A program made the translations under genes and the position numbers. DNA of 64,000 nt, from NCBI GenBank assembly GCA_028534125.1, contig CM052816.1:3970001-4034000 (forward strand). Reading direction: 5' to 3'. The notes under the pieces are model-generated. The model made no database searches. It was given only the letters and a program-made list of their open reading frames with translations, and was not told the origin of the DNA. Origin of the DNA: Lama glama. Taxonomy: Eukaryota. Shown piece after piece: positions 38,428 through 52,174 of this stretch (position 1 is the stretch's first letter; each line of letters starts with the position of its first letter).

Positions 38428-38651
38428 TTGACCGGGACTGTATGTATCAGTAGACGTAGACCATTATCAACAGCAGTTATATCCTTGCCGAGGTTTCTAA
38501 CAGGTACTGTCTCTGGAACTGCCTTCACTGGGGTGAGAGAGGGTGGATTGAAAGAGGCACCTGAGTACACAGCATCACTGTACAGGATGCCCCTCCTGGT
38601 TCCCAGGGAGGGGAACCAGAGCTTTGTCTCAGACTGGCCTCTGACCACCTG
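38428..38651 (-). CDS. Candidate 224-nt coding exon of an unidentified gene: QVVRGQSETKLWFPSLGTRRGILYSDAVYSGASFNPPSLTPVKAVPETVPVRNLGKDITAVDNGLRLLIHTVPV
   Basis: Strong acceptor cccttttttttttcccatgttttatag|CAG|GTG (NAGNAG) and donor CAA|gtaaat. The single frame open throughout is bounded exactly by the acceptor TAG and a TAA inside the donor. Not recognisably repeat-derived. Confidence 0.5.
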
Positions 38652-41451
38652 CTATAAAACATGGGAAAAAAAAAAGGGTGGGGTCCAGAAGTACTGGGGA
38701 CAGAGACCAATCCACTTGCTGGTGAATTTTGTTTTGGTTTGCATTTAACTGGCACAAACTTTATGCTTTTCTTCAAATAGTTAGAATAGGGATGAAGGCT
38801 TCAGAGCAGAGTATCCATTTTAAAACATGACATGTCCAGGTAGAATATTAAGAAACGGTGGAATTTTAAGAGAAGCCTTAGAATTTGGCAAGAACAGTGA
38901 GAATTTTACTACTAATATGGAGACTTATGATGGAATGGGAGTTACCTTTACTAAGGAAGCTATCATTTATTAGGTGATTAGTCAAGTGCCAAATTACCCG
39001 TTACTAGATTAGCTCTATGCACTGAACCAGGAAAATGTGATCTTCCCTCCCTATTTATAGGAAATTGAGCTTGAGAGAGTTCATGACTGGTTGAAGCTTG
39101 CACAGAGAGTAACAGAGCTGGGCATAGAACAGGATTAATATTTGCAATAAAATAGCAAAGAGACACGGTATGTAGTATTTTGTAACTTATGTTTCCTATT
39201 TGAATGTCCTGCACCATCGGGACACTTCTGACCCTACTCTGGACTCTGCCATTTCATCTTGAGGATGTTTTGACTCCCTGTTTGGGACCAGACAATTAGC
39301 GTGATATCAACATAGATGAATTTTTTAATTGAGAAAAAACTTGTGGAGTGAACTACATCAAGCTGATTTAATTTGTTGACCAATACATCTATATCTCTAA
39401 TGTTATAAAGTATTTTTTTCTGATTCTCTTTTTGTTTTGTTAAAATTATTTCACCAGGACCAAGCCTTTTCTAATTAAACTTCTTGGAAGGTTTTATCAA
39501 ATATTTTGACCAGAGCAAGCATTAACTTTGAGTTTTCCTTTGACTCAGGTATTTCTATCAAGTGTACTTGATAGAAACAATGATAAAAGGTCAATTAACC
39601 AAGGAAATACAATAAATATGTATGTATCTAAAAACAGAGGCCCCAAACTCATAAAGAAAAACATTGTCAGAATTTTTTAAAAAGTCAAATCCATAACCCT
39701 AATACTATAGAACCTCAGAAAATGAGAGATAAATTCCTATTCATTTTATGAGGCCAATATAACCTTGTTAATAAAACAAAGAACTAAAAACATAAGAAAA
39801 CATCCCTTTTGAACAGGCACAATTCCTTCTCAAAATACTTGCACATATAATCTAGCAACATATAAATTAGGTAATATATCACGACCAAATTGCAAGGTGG
39901 ATATGACATCTGAAACTCAACAAAATACATCACAATATACTTCAGTAGAGAAAGAACATAACCACTTCAAGAGATGCAGAAAAAAAGCATTTGAAAACAT
40001 TTAACATCCTTTATGATTAAAAACTCAGCAAACTAAAAGTAGAGATTTCCTCTTTATAAAAAATACTTATGATAAATATATAGCTAAAATCATATTTAAT
40101 GATGAAAGACTTAACTAACTTCCTAAGATCAGGGGGAAAAACCAAGGATGCTCATTCTCAATATTCCTATTCAAAAATTTACTGGAATTCCTAGATAATG
40201 CAATAAAGCAAGAAAAAGAAATCAGATAAAATTTAGAAAAGTAGTAAAAATTTTGGTTATTTATCAACAGCATGATTATCCAAAAGTATCTACAATTGAC
40301 TTGAATTAATAAGCAAATTTAGCAATGCCACAGGTTACAAGATCAATATTTACTAACTATGGGCATCTAGAAAATCAAGTTAAAATATTTATAATAGCAT
40401 CAACATAACCAATTATCTTGGAATAAATATGTACAAAAAGTATATTCTGAAAATTATAAAATAATGCTGACTGAATTTAAAGAAGACCTAAAAATGAATA
40501 TTGGATATCTAAGTCGTGTTCATACTTTGAAAGACTCAGTAGTTTTAGGATGTCATTCTCTTTAAATTGACATAGCGATTCAGTGCAATTCTTATCAAAA
40601 TCCTGTTAGCTACTTGATGAACTAAATAAGACTATTTGAAAATTAATTTTGAAATGCAAAGAATATTGAATAACCAGTCGTTTAAAAAAGGAACACATTT
40701 AGAGGACTTAAGCTATCTGATTTCAAGACTTGCTACAATAATCAAGACCCTGTGTCACTGATATAAAATAGATACATATAAAAATAAAGGAGTAATCAAC
40801 AGAAATTGCCCTCAATTCAGCAAGAAAGCGTTTTTATAAATTAAATCTACTGTTAGAACAACTGGATAGCTATAAGAAAAACAAAAAACCTTGATCCATT
40901 TACTCCATACACCAAAATTAATTTTATATGGATCACAAATCTAAAGATAAAATCCAGAACAATAAAGCTTTTAGGAAAAAAAAAGAATACATTTGTAATG
41001 TCTAGGTAGGCAGACAAAAACTATAAAGAAAAAATGATAAATTAGACTTAATCAAATTTAAAATTTTTGCTCATCAAAAGATACCATTAAGGAAATGAGT
41101 AAACAAGTTATAGAGTAGGAAAAAGACATTTATAGGATATACCTAATAGAAAATTTATATCCAAAACAGACAAAGAACTCTCCAAAACAATAAAATGATG
41201 AATAATCCAACAAAATAATAGGCCAAAATGCAAACACACAAATCACAAGATACAGGAATGGCCATTAGGCATGAAAAGAGGCCCTACCTCACTGGCTATC
41301 AGAGAAAAGCAAACTGAAATAGAACGGTTATTTTTAAATTAAAAGTAGCAAATACTGGAGAGGACGTAGAGAAACTGAAATGCTTACCCAATGCCAATAA
41401 GAACGTAAAATGATGTAATTGCAATCACTCACTTGCTAGTGTCTTATAAAA

Positions 41452-43236
41452 CAGTTGTTCCCAAACGTTTAAGTCAGGATTCTACTACTGTCTTAGTTAT
41501 TAAGAAGACCAAGGAGATTTTGTTTATATGGTAATTATCTATCAGTATTTACCATATTAGAAATTAAAACTGAGAAAATTTTAAAATATTTCCTTATTAA
41601 TTCACTTTAAAATAACANNNNNNNNNNNNNNNNNNNNNNNNNNNNNNNNNNNNNNNNNNNNNNNNNNNNNNNNNNNNNNNNNNNNNNNNNNNNNNNNNNN
41701 NNNNNNNNNNNNNNNNNNNNNNNNNNNNNNNNNNNNNNNNNNNNNNNNNNNNNNNNNNNNNNNNNNNNNNNNNNNNNNNNNNNNNNNNNNNNNNNNNNNN
41801 NNNNNNNNNNNNNNNNNNNNNNNNNNNNNNNNNNNNNNNNNNNNNNNNNNNNNNNNNNNNNNNNNNNNNNNNNNNNNNNNNNNNNNNNNNNNNNNNNNNN
41901 NNNNNNNNNNNNNNNNNNNNNNNNNNNNNNNNNNNNNNNNNNNNNNNNNNNNNNNNNNNNNNNNNNNNNNNNNNNNNNNNNNNNNNNNNNNNNNNNNNNN
42001 NNNNNNNNNNNNNNNNNNNNNNNNNNNNNNNNNNNNNNNNNNNNNNNNNNNNNNNNNNNNNNNNNNNNNNNNNNNNNNNNNNNNNNNNNNNNNNNNNNNN
42101 NNNNNNNNNNNNNNNNNGTGGCATTGTTTTACATTATTGTAAATCTCTTCAAAATCTGGCTTAATAGAAGTTTTGTCGGATTTGTATATCCTTCTCTGCA
42201 TTGACTCTCTTGATACTGTTTAAGTTGAAGTATATGAAGAAAATCTTGTCTTACGGTGAAAGGCACTGGAAAAGAAAGTACTATTTTCAGATAATTATGG
42301 ATATGTTTGTTGATGCTAAACACTTAGCGGTAGATTGTTGAAAGTCAGTTGCACTGTGGAATCAAACCATATCAATAAAATACTTTATACTCAACTACAT
42401 TAAAATCTATTAGTCTGTCTTGTCCTATCAATTAAGCTTTATCCCATGCATGGTTTTTAACACCAAGTACAGTGACCATTTGGAAAACATTGGTTCTCTG
42501 AGTTATGTGGATCTTCCCAATACTGACTCACTTCATTATATAATCTTTTCATAACATATTTGGTAACAGCACCACCAAACTCATCAGAAAAGAACAATAC
42601 TTAAAAAGCTCATGGTAGCTAATACATGTTTTCTGAAATTCTAATTTTTACTTCAAAAAGTTCAAATTTCATCATTGATCACAAACACGGTCAGTTATTG
42701 TCCTTGAGGTGACAGGTTTACTTTGTTCATTTACAAGGAGTATTTGCCAAATACACAAGTCTGCATAATCGGTTTGTCAATTAAAAAAATAGCACTCCAT
42801 GAAAAAAGGCAGCTAGTTCAGCTTGCAACTCAAAACACTTGCACAATTGCTTTTCCTTGAGGTAACTATCATGCTTCTGTACACAGCAGACGTGCTTTTT
42901 GTGTACTGCTCATTTCTTTTTGCAGGCTATTGAGAAGATGAATGCTCAAGAGTCAGTTTTAATAACATTAGAATTTTTACTGATTCATGAAGGACATTCT
43001 TAACTGAAACCGGGGCTCTGAAGGTGTGTGGTGGAGAATAACACAGCCATACCACTACTACTTGCAAGGCTTCATTCGTTTATATCCAACATTGCTTTTG
43101 CACCATTACTGTAAATGTCAACTCAGTGAAAAAGGCAAATTCCTTGTATCATCACAAAAATGGTTTTGACCTTTTGAATCCCTTGCAATGGTCTTAACGT
43201 TCCCAGGGGTCCGTGGACCATATTCTGAGAACTGTG
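41452..43236 (-). mobile_element. Charlie1a hAT DNA transposon (non-autonomous, transposase remnant), spanning the gap
   Basis: Termini cagttgttcccaaa ... ggggtccgtggaccatattctgagaactgtg; 8-bp TSD ttataaaa/gtttaaaa; decayed hAT motif LLCTEA**LPQGK (cf. LLHTEVRWLSRGK) near 42850-42890 on the minus strand. Confidence 0.9.
41618..42117. other. Assembly gap, exactly 500 N
   Basis: Direct reading; the round size suggests a scaffolding placeholder. Confidence 1.
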
Positions 43237-44099
43237 GTTTAAAATGTAAGCATATATCTACCCTGTGACCCAGCAATTAGATTCCTGGGTATTTATACAA
43301 TAGAAATGAAAATGTGCGTTGACCAAAAAACTGTAAAGGGAGTTTAGAGCAACCTCATTCAAAACCGCTTATAACTGGGGGCAGGGTAAACAAATATCCA
43401 TCAGCAGAAGAGCAGATAAACAAACCATCATCTATCTACAGAATGAAATGATACTAGAAGATTAAAAAAAAACAAGACAGATCCAACAGCTGGATGTTTC
43501 TGTCCAAAACATGACGTTAAGTGAGAGAAGCAGTACATACACTGAGTGTATACTGTGTGGTCCAAACATATAAAATTCAAATACAGGCAAAACTGATCTA
43601 TGATGATAGATCATCTGATAGATCAGATGATAGTTCTCAGGGAGGTGGGACTGGAAGGGGGCTGAAGGGAAATTTGGGGGTTGGGGGAAAGGAATGTTCT
43701 GCATGTTGTTTGGAGTATGCACAATTTTAAAACTTAATGAATTAAACACTTAATCTTTGCACACTTTAGTGGGTGATGGTTATATCTCAATGAAACAAAA
43801 ATAAAATAACAGTTTTTATCATTAAATGAAAAAGGCTTTAAGTCCTTGAGTTTTTAGGTTATGCCTTCTTCACCTGCAAAACACAGAACGGGAGAAAGAA
43901 CGGGCACTCAATAAATGCTTCATGAATGAATATATGCATACAAAAACTAAAAGCATATTTAGATATCATGCAGATGATAAAAATCAGCATTTCCTTTATA
44001 TTGGAGGTGTTTTCATTACCTCATAAATTTATGTTTCTGCAAAACAAAAGTACCTATTAGAAAATAAATCTTAATTACTGAACTAACTGTTCAATTTAC

Positions 44100-44805
44100 A
44101 CTTTTTCAGAAAATAACAGTATAAAACAAGGAAAGGAGAAAGAGGTAGTCAGCACTAGATGTTAATAAAACAGAATACAGTACAGATCAATAAAGCCAAA
44201 AGGTGACCCTGAAAAAATGAACAAATCTCTGGTGACGTTCATCAAGGAGAGAAAGAAAATATAAATAAAAAATATTATGAATGAAAACAGGACATGGGAC
44301 AGAAAAAGCAGAACTGCAAAAGCAGCAACAAGGAAGCTACCAATAAGTTTATGCTGACAGTTTTGAAGACCTAAATGAAATACCTAGAAAAATAACTTAA
44401 GAAATTTGACTCAAGAATCCACCCCTCCAGTGGAAACCAGATAGTGATGTCACAGAACAATACCAGATTTAAAGAGAAAAAAATATTAATACGATTATCT
44501 CAGATGATACCAAGAAATGATAGAACTTAGCATCTATTTAGGAAAAACCCACACAATTTCTTATTTCATTAGAGACAAAAAGTTGCTTACCCTGATAAAG
44601 TGCACCTAATAAAAACAATAACCAGAGCAAACAGTTGTAAATGGTTCCATCTCTGATGCATTCTCTTTAAAATCAGGAATGAGATACACAGGCCACCTAC
44701 CACTGTCACTTCTAGCCATTACAGTGGAACTAGAGATGAAAGGCATGAAACGAAGGAAATAAAACTGACATTATTTGCAGATGATGTGATAGTTTACCTA
44801 GACCT
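44100..44805 (+). mobile_element. Ancient L1 ORF2 fragments
   Basis: aaatcaataaagccaaaag-like segment; RT core ttatttgcagatgatgtgatagtttacctaga (LFADDVIVYL). Confidence 0.7.
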
Positions 44806-47800
44806 CTTTTCTTCAAATACATAGACAATTGATTAAAAATGAAAGAAGAGTCTAATAAGGAGACTATTTTACTCAATGACGGTGACTTCACTGATTTTGC
44901 TATATTAACCATTTAATATATATTAACCATTTAAAGAAAGTTTAGATTCTTTTGGAATTGGGGAAAACACTGTTTTGTTTGTTTTTTATTCTCTTGAATA
45001 AGTTGTCTAAATCTAAGTGACAATTATCTGCAGGATCATCTTCAGAACACCATACTGAACCTGACTTTCAACAGGAGGGCAGTTGAACTCTGTCATTTGC
45101 TCTTGTTTAACTGAGGTTAACAGAGGACTCTAACTTTAGTTTCTGTTACCTGAGGGACCCGAACACAGGCCCGGTATGTTTTTTGATGAATTAATTTTCT
45201 AGCTGTTATACATTATAGGTGCTCAAGATAAAAAACTTGGATGATGAAAAATTATACAGCAATGGGAATGGACAACTACAAGGCAGTGGGGCCAATTATA
45301 AGAGAGTGGAAATTTATTCATAATACATCTCTCATCTTTGAGGTTTTTTTTTAGTCTTGAATTCCCATCCCAAATTAAGGATACCTGTGTTAGGGGCTGA
45401 TTTTGGCACACATGCTCTTTCTTGAGAATATAAAATTAGAACTCAGAAATACTAGTTCAGTTCCCCTGTCATTTGAATAGACAACCCATTCCCACAGGAG
45501 CGGTGGGAAGGCCCCACGTACTGGGCCTGGGTCTGCAAAAAGACTGGATCTGACACTCAGAGAAGAGTGGAGAGAAGACAGGAGTCGGCCCAGAGAGCCA
45601 GAGAACACGAGTCACCCGCAGAACTCTGTCCCCTTTCCTGGCCCCAGCTCCAGCCGAACTCTGCTTTCAGCTCTGGGAGATACCCTGGTCTCCATTTCAT
45701 CCACACTCCTACTCCGGCACATGCATCATTAAACAGCTGATGTTGGTCCTGTGGGTTTCTGCTACCTTTAAGCACAGAGCCTTGACAAAGATATCTGTGG
45801 AAAAATAAGTTCTTAGTACATTACAAGGATATTCTATTTTAAAAGAGTAGATGTGAGTAATTTTGCCAGATATTTCTAGATAGTAGCATCTTATAAAGCA
45901 GCATTTTGTGTCTGTTTCTAACCAGGGCCCATGGACTCCAAGGGCATCCATCAGTAGACTAGCCAGCATTCAAAGCCACAGGATAAACACGCTGCATCTT
46001 CCTGCAGTGTCAAATTTACTAGATAATATGTAATTTAAAATATCTTTTTCTTTTATGACACTAAGACTTTGCTATGAATACATAAGATAAAATACCAGAC
46101 TTCAAAGACATTTTCTACTTGTCAGCAAACTGCTGGAGGCAAAGTTTGAGCCTCATGGGGTTCCCACTGCTTTCCACTGCCATTAGGGGTTCTTCAGAAG
46201 AAAAGTCTGAAGAAGACTCATGCATCTTAATACCAATAAGCAGAACAGTCTGAAAAGTAATTCCGTTTGCCAGCATCACAATTTAGTCTCAGATCCTTTT
46301 CATAATTAACCATCTCATTTTATGATTATTGTTATTTGAAAAGGACCAATAATCTGGAGGTCCACAACAGCTTCTGCAATGTTCTGCAGTATTTAGTCAC
46401 TCTCATTCCACATATTCACATTACTGGATCCAAGATACTAATATAAAAATGAATTAACATTAGTGGATGTAAACATATTCAAATTACAATTATGAAATAA
46501 AGCAAGGTCATTAACTTTACATCTAAACTTAACGGCATTTTCAAGTGAAGATTTTACTTAGAGAAGTTAGATACACTATGGTTTATGGGTATTTGGGAGT
46601 AACTACAGACTAAATAGAATAAAGTGAATATTAATGGTGTATGTCCAATATAAAGTATTGAGTTTAAAAAATGAAAAGAAAAGTTACAGTATAAGTCATG
46701 TAAAATCAATTTCAAACAAAAATGCAAAACACTAAACAATTCTATGTATTTTTCATGAGTATTCATTTATGAATGCAAAATCTATAGCAAAAGGCCTGGA
46801 AAGATCCACTCCAAACTGCTAACAGTAGTTATCTTTGAGACACTAGGGCTAGGGGAAAGATCAGCGTGTCCAGTAACATCCCCTTCATATTCCACTGCAT
46901 GCAAACATGGTCTTCCCTTCTAAAAGCAATTACTGTGCAACCAGAATGTTTCCAGATCTGCTTTGGGCACTAAGAGATACAGAAAAAAAAAATCTGTGAC
47001 ATCATTGCCTATAATGCACCAGTGAGAACTATCACACACAAAAGAAATGTGGTATTTGGTTGCTTTCTTAAAACAAGAAAAGATCCTTTCATGATTTGCT
47101 TTTCTAATTTCTGCTAAAAGATTTCCACATTTCTACATTTATTAATGTAAAATGTGTTTTTTAAAAAAATAATGCCTTAACCTAAGTTTCCTAAGATAAG
47201 CGTAATTTGGTAAACCATAAAATTCAGCTAAATTCAATAAACTAAAGCAAAAGAAATCATTAAACTCTCTCCAGAGCAATGCCTGTTTTCAAACTCTTGG
47301 TTAAGTGTCTATAAAAAGAGCAACAAGATACTTAGTTGTCTCTTTATTACCATTACTTCCCCCACTGACTTACTCGGTAATTTCAGATATGCTTTATTTT
47401 CTGTCTGGAGTCATTTTCTATTGGCACTGACTCCAAACAAAAGAGTTTTAATTTTCCCTGATCGCTAACTCCCAACTTCCACTTCTATGTCAAACAGTTA
47501 ATACTGTGTAAACAAACATGAAAACGCAGTGAGTCTTTTTCAAAGGGATTTCTGGGTTTTGTTACAGAATCCTAGAGTTGGTCTATCTTATAGACAAAGT
47601 GAATACTGGTTCATCCTCTTGTCTTTTCCTTTTTTATTTATCTCATTATTCCCAGAGTAAACAGACCTGGAGCAAGGAAAGGCTTGATGAGGGACTCACA
47701 GTTCATTAGAGGTAGGGAAGGATCTGGACACTAATTCCCAATCCAGAATATTCTTTCTATGCTCCCCTGCCTCTGGATAAAGCAAATTAGTTGGAGTTTT

Positions 47801-48819
47801 ATACGTTGGATTTCGACATCTTTCAACTGAAGCCTCATTAACTTTCTCAGTGGTCCTTGTGGGTTTCACACCTTTTCCATATAGACCATAGGAAGAGTAA
47901 CCATCAATTTCTCCATTGTGTGAACATCAGATTCCAATTTATAAAGGTGCCTCACTATCTTTGGGAAATATCAGTAGTGACAAAGGTAGTCTTCAGTGTT
48001 TCTTTATAAATTATATCTGACTTCATAGTAAATGCCAAAAAAGAGGAAATCAAAATTGACACTGCCAGGTTTCATGGGCATAGAAGTATATCCAAGCAGG
48101 AGAATGAATCAAAGTTTCAACATTCATCATAGTTAAAAAAAATTCTGTGCGAGCCCAGAGACAGTCACGTCACACACAAAAATTCTTTATCTTATCATTT
48201 TTTAATGTGTAAAATCTACGGGCACATAATTTAAAACCTATACAAGAACTTGGCCAGGGAATTTTTCTCACCAGTTAGACAGCCAGAATTTTTCAAAGAT
48301 GTATTTAATGATACATTTCCTTCGTAAAAATAAAGTTGATGATTCTGGCTTTCTCTGATTAAAACAGTAATAATATGCATTATTGAGAGTTTGGAAAAAC
48401 GGAGAAAATATACATGTATTTTCATTTGACTGTGTTCCCTGCACGTGCCAGTCACCAGTGAGGTAATGCATATATAATGTATCTATTTTGTTCTTTACAG
48501 TAAACTTACTAAGTAATTTCTATTTCAACAATTCATACAGAATTACATAAGGGAGCTGGAGAGAGTGAGAGAGAATCTGAGAGAGTCTGCTTGCATAAGT
48601 TCACACAACTGATAAGCAGAGACACCAAAACTTGAATTAAAGTCTTCTAAAACAGGTCCTAAGCTTTTCGCCTTAGATCATCTGCTTGTCTTGGAACTTG
48701 TCTCAGAACATAGAAAAAACAACAACAACAACAACAAAGGTTCTAGACATTTGCTCAATACCAACTACAGAAACAGGATTATTACTACACTCCAGCCTGG
48801 CATCCATTCTCATCAAAAC

Positions 48820-49843
48820 TGTGACTTACTTGTTGCTAATCTAATCTATTTTTCAGTCATCATCTTATGTGACCTCCACTCAGTTGCATCAGATGCTGGT
48901 ACCCGTGCCTCCTAATTGAAACATTCTCATCTGCCTGCTTCCATGACATTTCACTCTGCTGTTTGCTTCCTACTCCGCTGCCCATACTTTTGTCTTGCTG
49001 TTGTAAGTCTCCTTTCCTCCATCTGGCCACCAACGGAAAAGCTCCTCGGGACTGAGCCCCAGCACCTCTCTCCTGTCACCCCACACACTGCCATCCACAC
49101 CCAAAGCTTCAATTGCTACGTGTCCACAGAGGCGCCCCCAGGAGCTCCTGTAACTGAGCAGGACCCTACTGTCATCACCAGTGGCCGTCTGGTATCTGTA
49201 ATAGTGTCTGTACCTGCCTAAATGTGGCCAGAGTTGTGCTTTTACACTTCAGTGGCTTTATTTTAGGGTAAAGTCCTAAATCCTGATTATCGTCCTACAA
49301 AGCCCAGCACGAGCTAGCAGCTGCTTGCATTTCAAGCTTCCTCTTCCACTTCTCTCCTCTTGCTCTCAGGACTTCACTGAACTTCCTTTTAATTTCTAGA
49401 AGCCAGACAGTCTTCCCTTTTGGCCTTGGGAGATTCTGTTTCCTCTACCTGGGGAATCTCATTCCTCCCCACTACACACACATTCTCTCTTTCCTGTGCA
49501 TCTCACACACAGGCACACTTTTTATTCTATTTATCTCTTTCCCTCTAGAAGTGAGCTTAAGACATCTTTTTCAGGAAAGCCTTTCCCAATGTCCCCACCC
49601 TGTTCCTGCCTCTCTAAAGATCAAGGGGTGTATTTTCGTGTGTGTGTGTTTGTGTGAGTGTGTGTCGTCCCAGAGAACCATGTTCTATTCCTTTGGACAT
49701 TTATTTCAGTTTATAAATTACAGTTTCATCAGTGTTGTTATTTGTTTAACATCGGTTTCCTCCGTGAAGCAGGGACTGGATCCCCAGGGCCTACTGGAGC
49801 ACAAGGCATTGTAGGTTCTCAATAAATATGAATGGAATGAATC
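48820..49843 (+). mobile_element. L2 LINE fragments
   Basis: tgacctccactcagttgcatcagatgctggt...; tail ttgtaggttctcaataaatatgaatggaatgaatc. Confidence 0.7.
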
Positions 49844-52174
49844 AATTTCTACTTTAAAGAAGGATCCAATGTGAGAATCGGGGATAATATACAAGACTAA
49901 AAATGTAATGGTTGATTGTTTCCAAAACTATTCTTTGAAATGACTAACCTCCCTTTGGGAATTTTGATTGCACTAATTTTACCATAATCTACCAACGTGC
50001 CTCTGTTAGAAGGCTAAATGTCATTTTGATTCCTTCCTTTCTTTGTATCTGCTGATTCTGCTGCATTTATCTCCAACATGCATCCAGGACTCCTTCAGTA
50101 CTCTTCTCTCCATCATCATGAAATCCCCTGGTCTGAGGCACTACATCTCTTGGTGGAATGGCTGTAATAACCTCTTAACTAGTCTCCCTACTTTCCTCCC
50201 CTGTTCTCCTAAAATTATTTCTTTACTCAAAAGCTAAAATGATTTTTGAAGGTAAGTAAATGAGATCACTTCAATCCCATGTTTAAAAATCTTTAATGTT
50301 AAAAAAAAAACTCTTCCAACACCATTATTCTCTGTCATGTCACCATTTTCTTCCTCTGATCATCACATTAAATTGTTTGCTTATTTTCTGTTCAAGTGTG
50401 ATGAGAATGTAAACTCCATGAGGGAAGCAACTGCTGTCTGTACCTCTGATGCTAAACACAGAGCAGGTGCCAAAAACTGTAATTCAATTACTGAACACAT
50501 GGTGACTGTAATCTATTTTGCCAAAATTCTTTTTCAGGAAATTTCTGAAAAGATTGCTTACTGGATCAAGTCAGAGGCTCCTTTAACATTGAATCTCACC
50601 ATGAGCTTGAAAAACCAGAGGAAACTCAAGAAGGGGCCAAGAAATGACTTCTAATGACTAGGTCCTCACAGAATGCTTATTATATTTTGAAAAGAAAAAA
50701 GTGCTTAACAATTTATGACTTTCAAAATTCACATGAAAGAGGGTTAACATGGTCCTCTAATTTCTTATTCTTTCCAGTCCTAATGCTAAGCGTGGCTAGC
50801 AGGGCAACAGGGTAATAATCTTCATTATGTCTTCCTCTTTTCAAAATTGCTCACAAAGTGCTTTGAATGAAAAGGGGCCCACTGGTGACCCAGGATGGGC
50901 AGTCTGCGGTGCTTTTTTTTTTTGTTTATGCTAATTAAGTAGTCGGCAGACTGGTTACTTAGTGATATCCTTCACTGTGATGCTCAGTGCTGAGAGCCTA
51001 ATTATATGTTTCAGGTCTCAAGTGGTCATTATTAAGACGTGAGCCGGCACTACCCATGGACTGGATCACTGGATGCTATTCTTGTTGTTTCCGGGGGCTG
51101 GCATGATAAAAACTCATGGAATGTGCAAAGCCATTTACGGAAAGATGTGCTGAATTACGTTGGTATTTCACTTCTGAGTGGGGCCGTATTGCGCCCAAAA
51201 GAAACAGACATTTTAAAAAAATTATTTAAATATATTTGCATATACTCAAATGTATTAGAATACAGTGGTACTATGTCCTTTGTTAGTGGGTTTGAAAAAC
51301 TTTTCTTAGTTTTCACATATCCCTTGTTTATGTGAAGGAGTTTCTACACTTGCCTTCAACTGGTGTGAACAACAACTTCCTAAATCAATCTGCTCAGCAT
51401 ATGTGAAAGAACAACTCCACTGAAAATCAAATTTCTCATGGGCTTTAATGGAACCCATCAATATTGTGTGTTGGGGGGAAAATCTATAACTCTATTTTTT
51501 CCAAACAGAAAACAAACTATTGATTCTTTTTCAACAGAATTTTACTCTTTCAAGGGCTCTTTTCCCTCTCAAACATCAGTCTCCTGCCACTATCTGTGCA
51601 GCAGAGATGAAAATGTGCTGATTTTATGCAAATACAGCTGACTAGAGACTGCTCTGTGGAAGCGGCGCAAAGGTAAACAACATAAAATATTTAGATCACA
51701 GAAACATTACGAGTGACTTTGGTGATGGGCATGAATTATGTTTAGTGGACGGATCATCTGTGTAACAGCAAGGAGTTGATAATCCTCCAATGTTATTATA
51801 GACAATAAAGATGAACTACAGTTAAGAATAAAAAGCTAGAAATCTGGCATGTTGCAAAGGCAGCCACCATTTGAATGTATCAGATGCAAACATACTATAA
51901 TCTGCATCCTGTCACTGTGGTTACAAATGTGGTTTGCATTTTTCCCCCAAGCTGAATCAATATGCATTTTGTCTCACATTAACAAAGCCTCTAAATATTT
52001 AACTTAGTGAACATGTGTAGCAATTATTTTCCTGAAAGCCGGAGGAAGACACATATTTGGTTCATCAGTGTATCCCCTGATGAAGGTGACAGCCAGTCGC
52101 TAACACTGTGGGTGGAAGGGGTGAGGGGTATGACCACACTGGGAGGCGAGCTAGTGAGATGTTAGATACATAAT

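Larger units (their letters stand above)
39578..43805 (+). mobile_element. Ancient L1 (L1ME/L1MD-like) ORF2 plus 3' UTR, split by Charlie1a
   Basis: Degenerate ORF2 (gatgcagaaaaaaagcatttga; gatttcaagacttgctac) up to 41451; resumes after 43237 with ctaccctgtgacccagcaatt; 3' UTR to ~43800. Confidence 0.85.

Noticed and set aside
41597..42201. 175- and 199-aa ORFs
   Set aside because: Artefacts of the N run.
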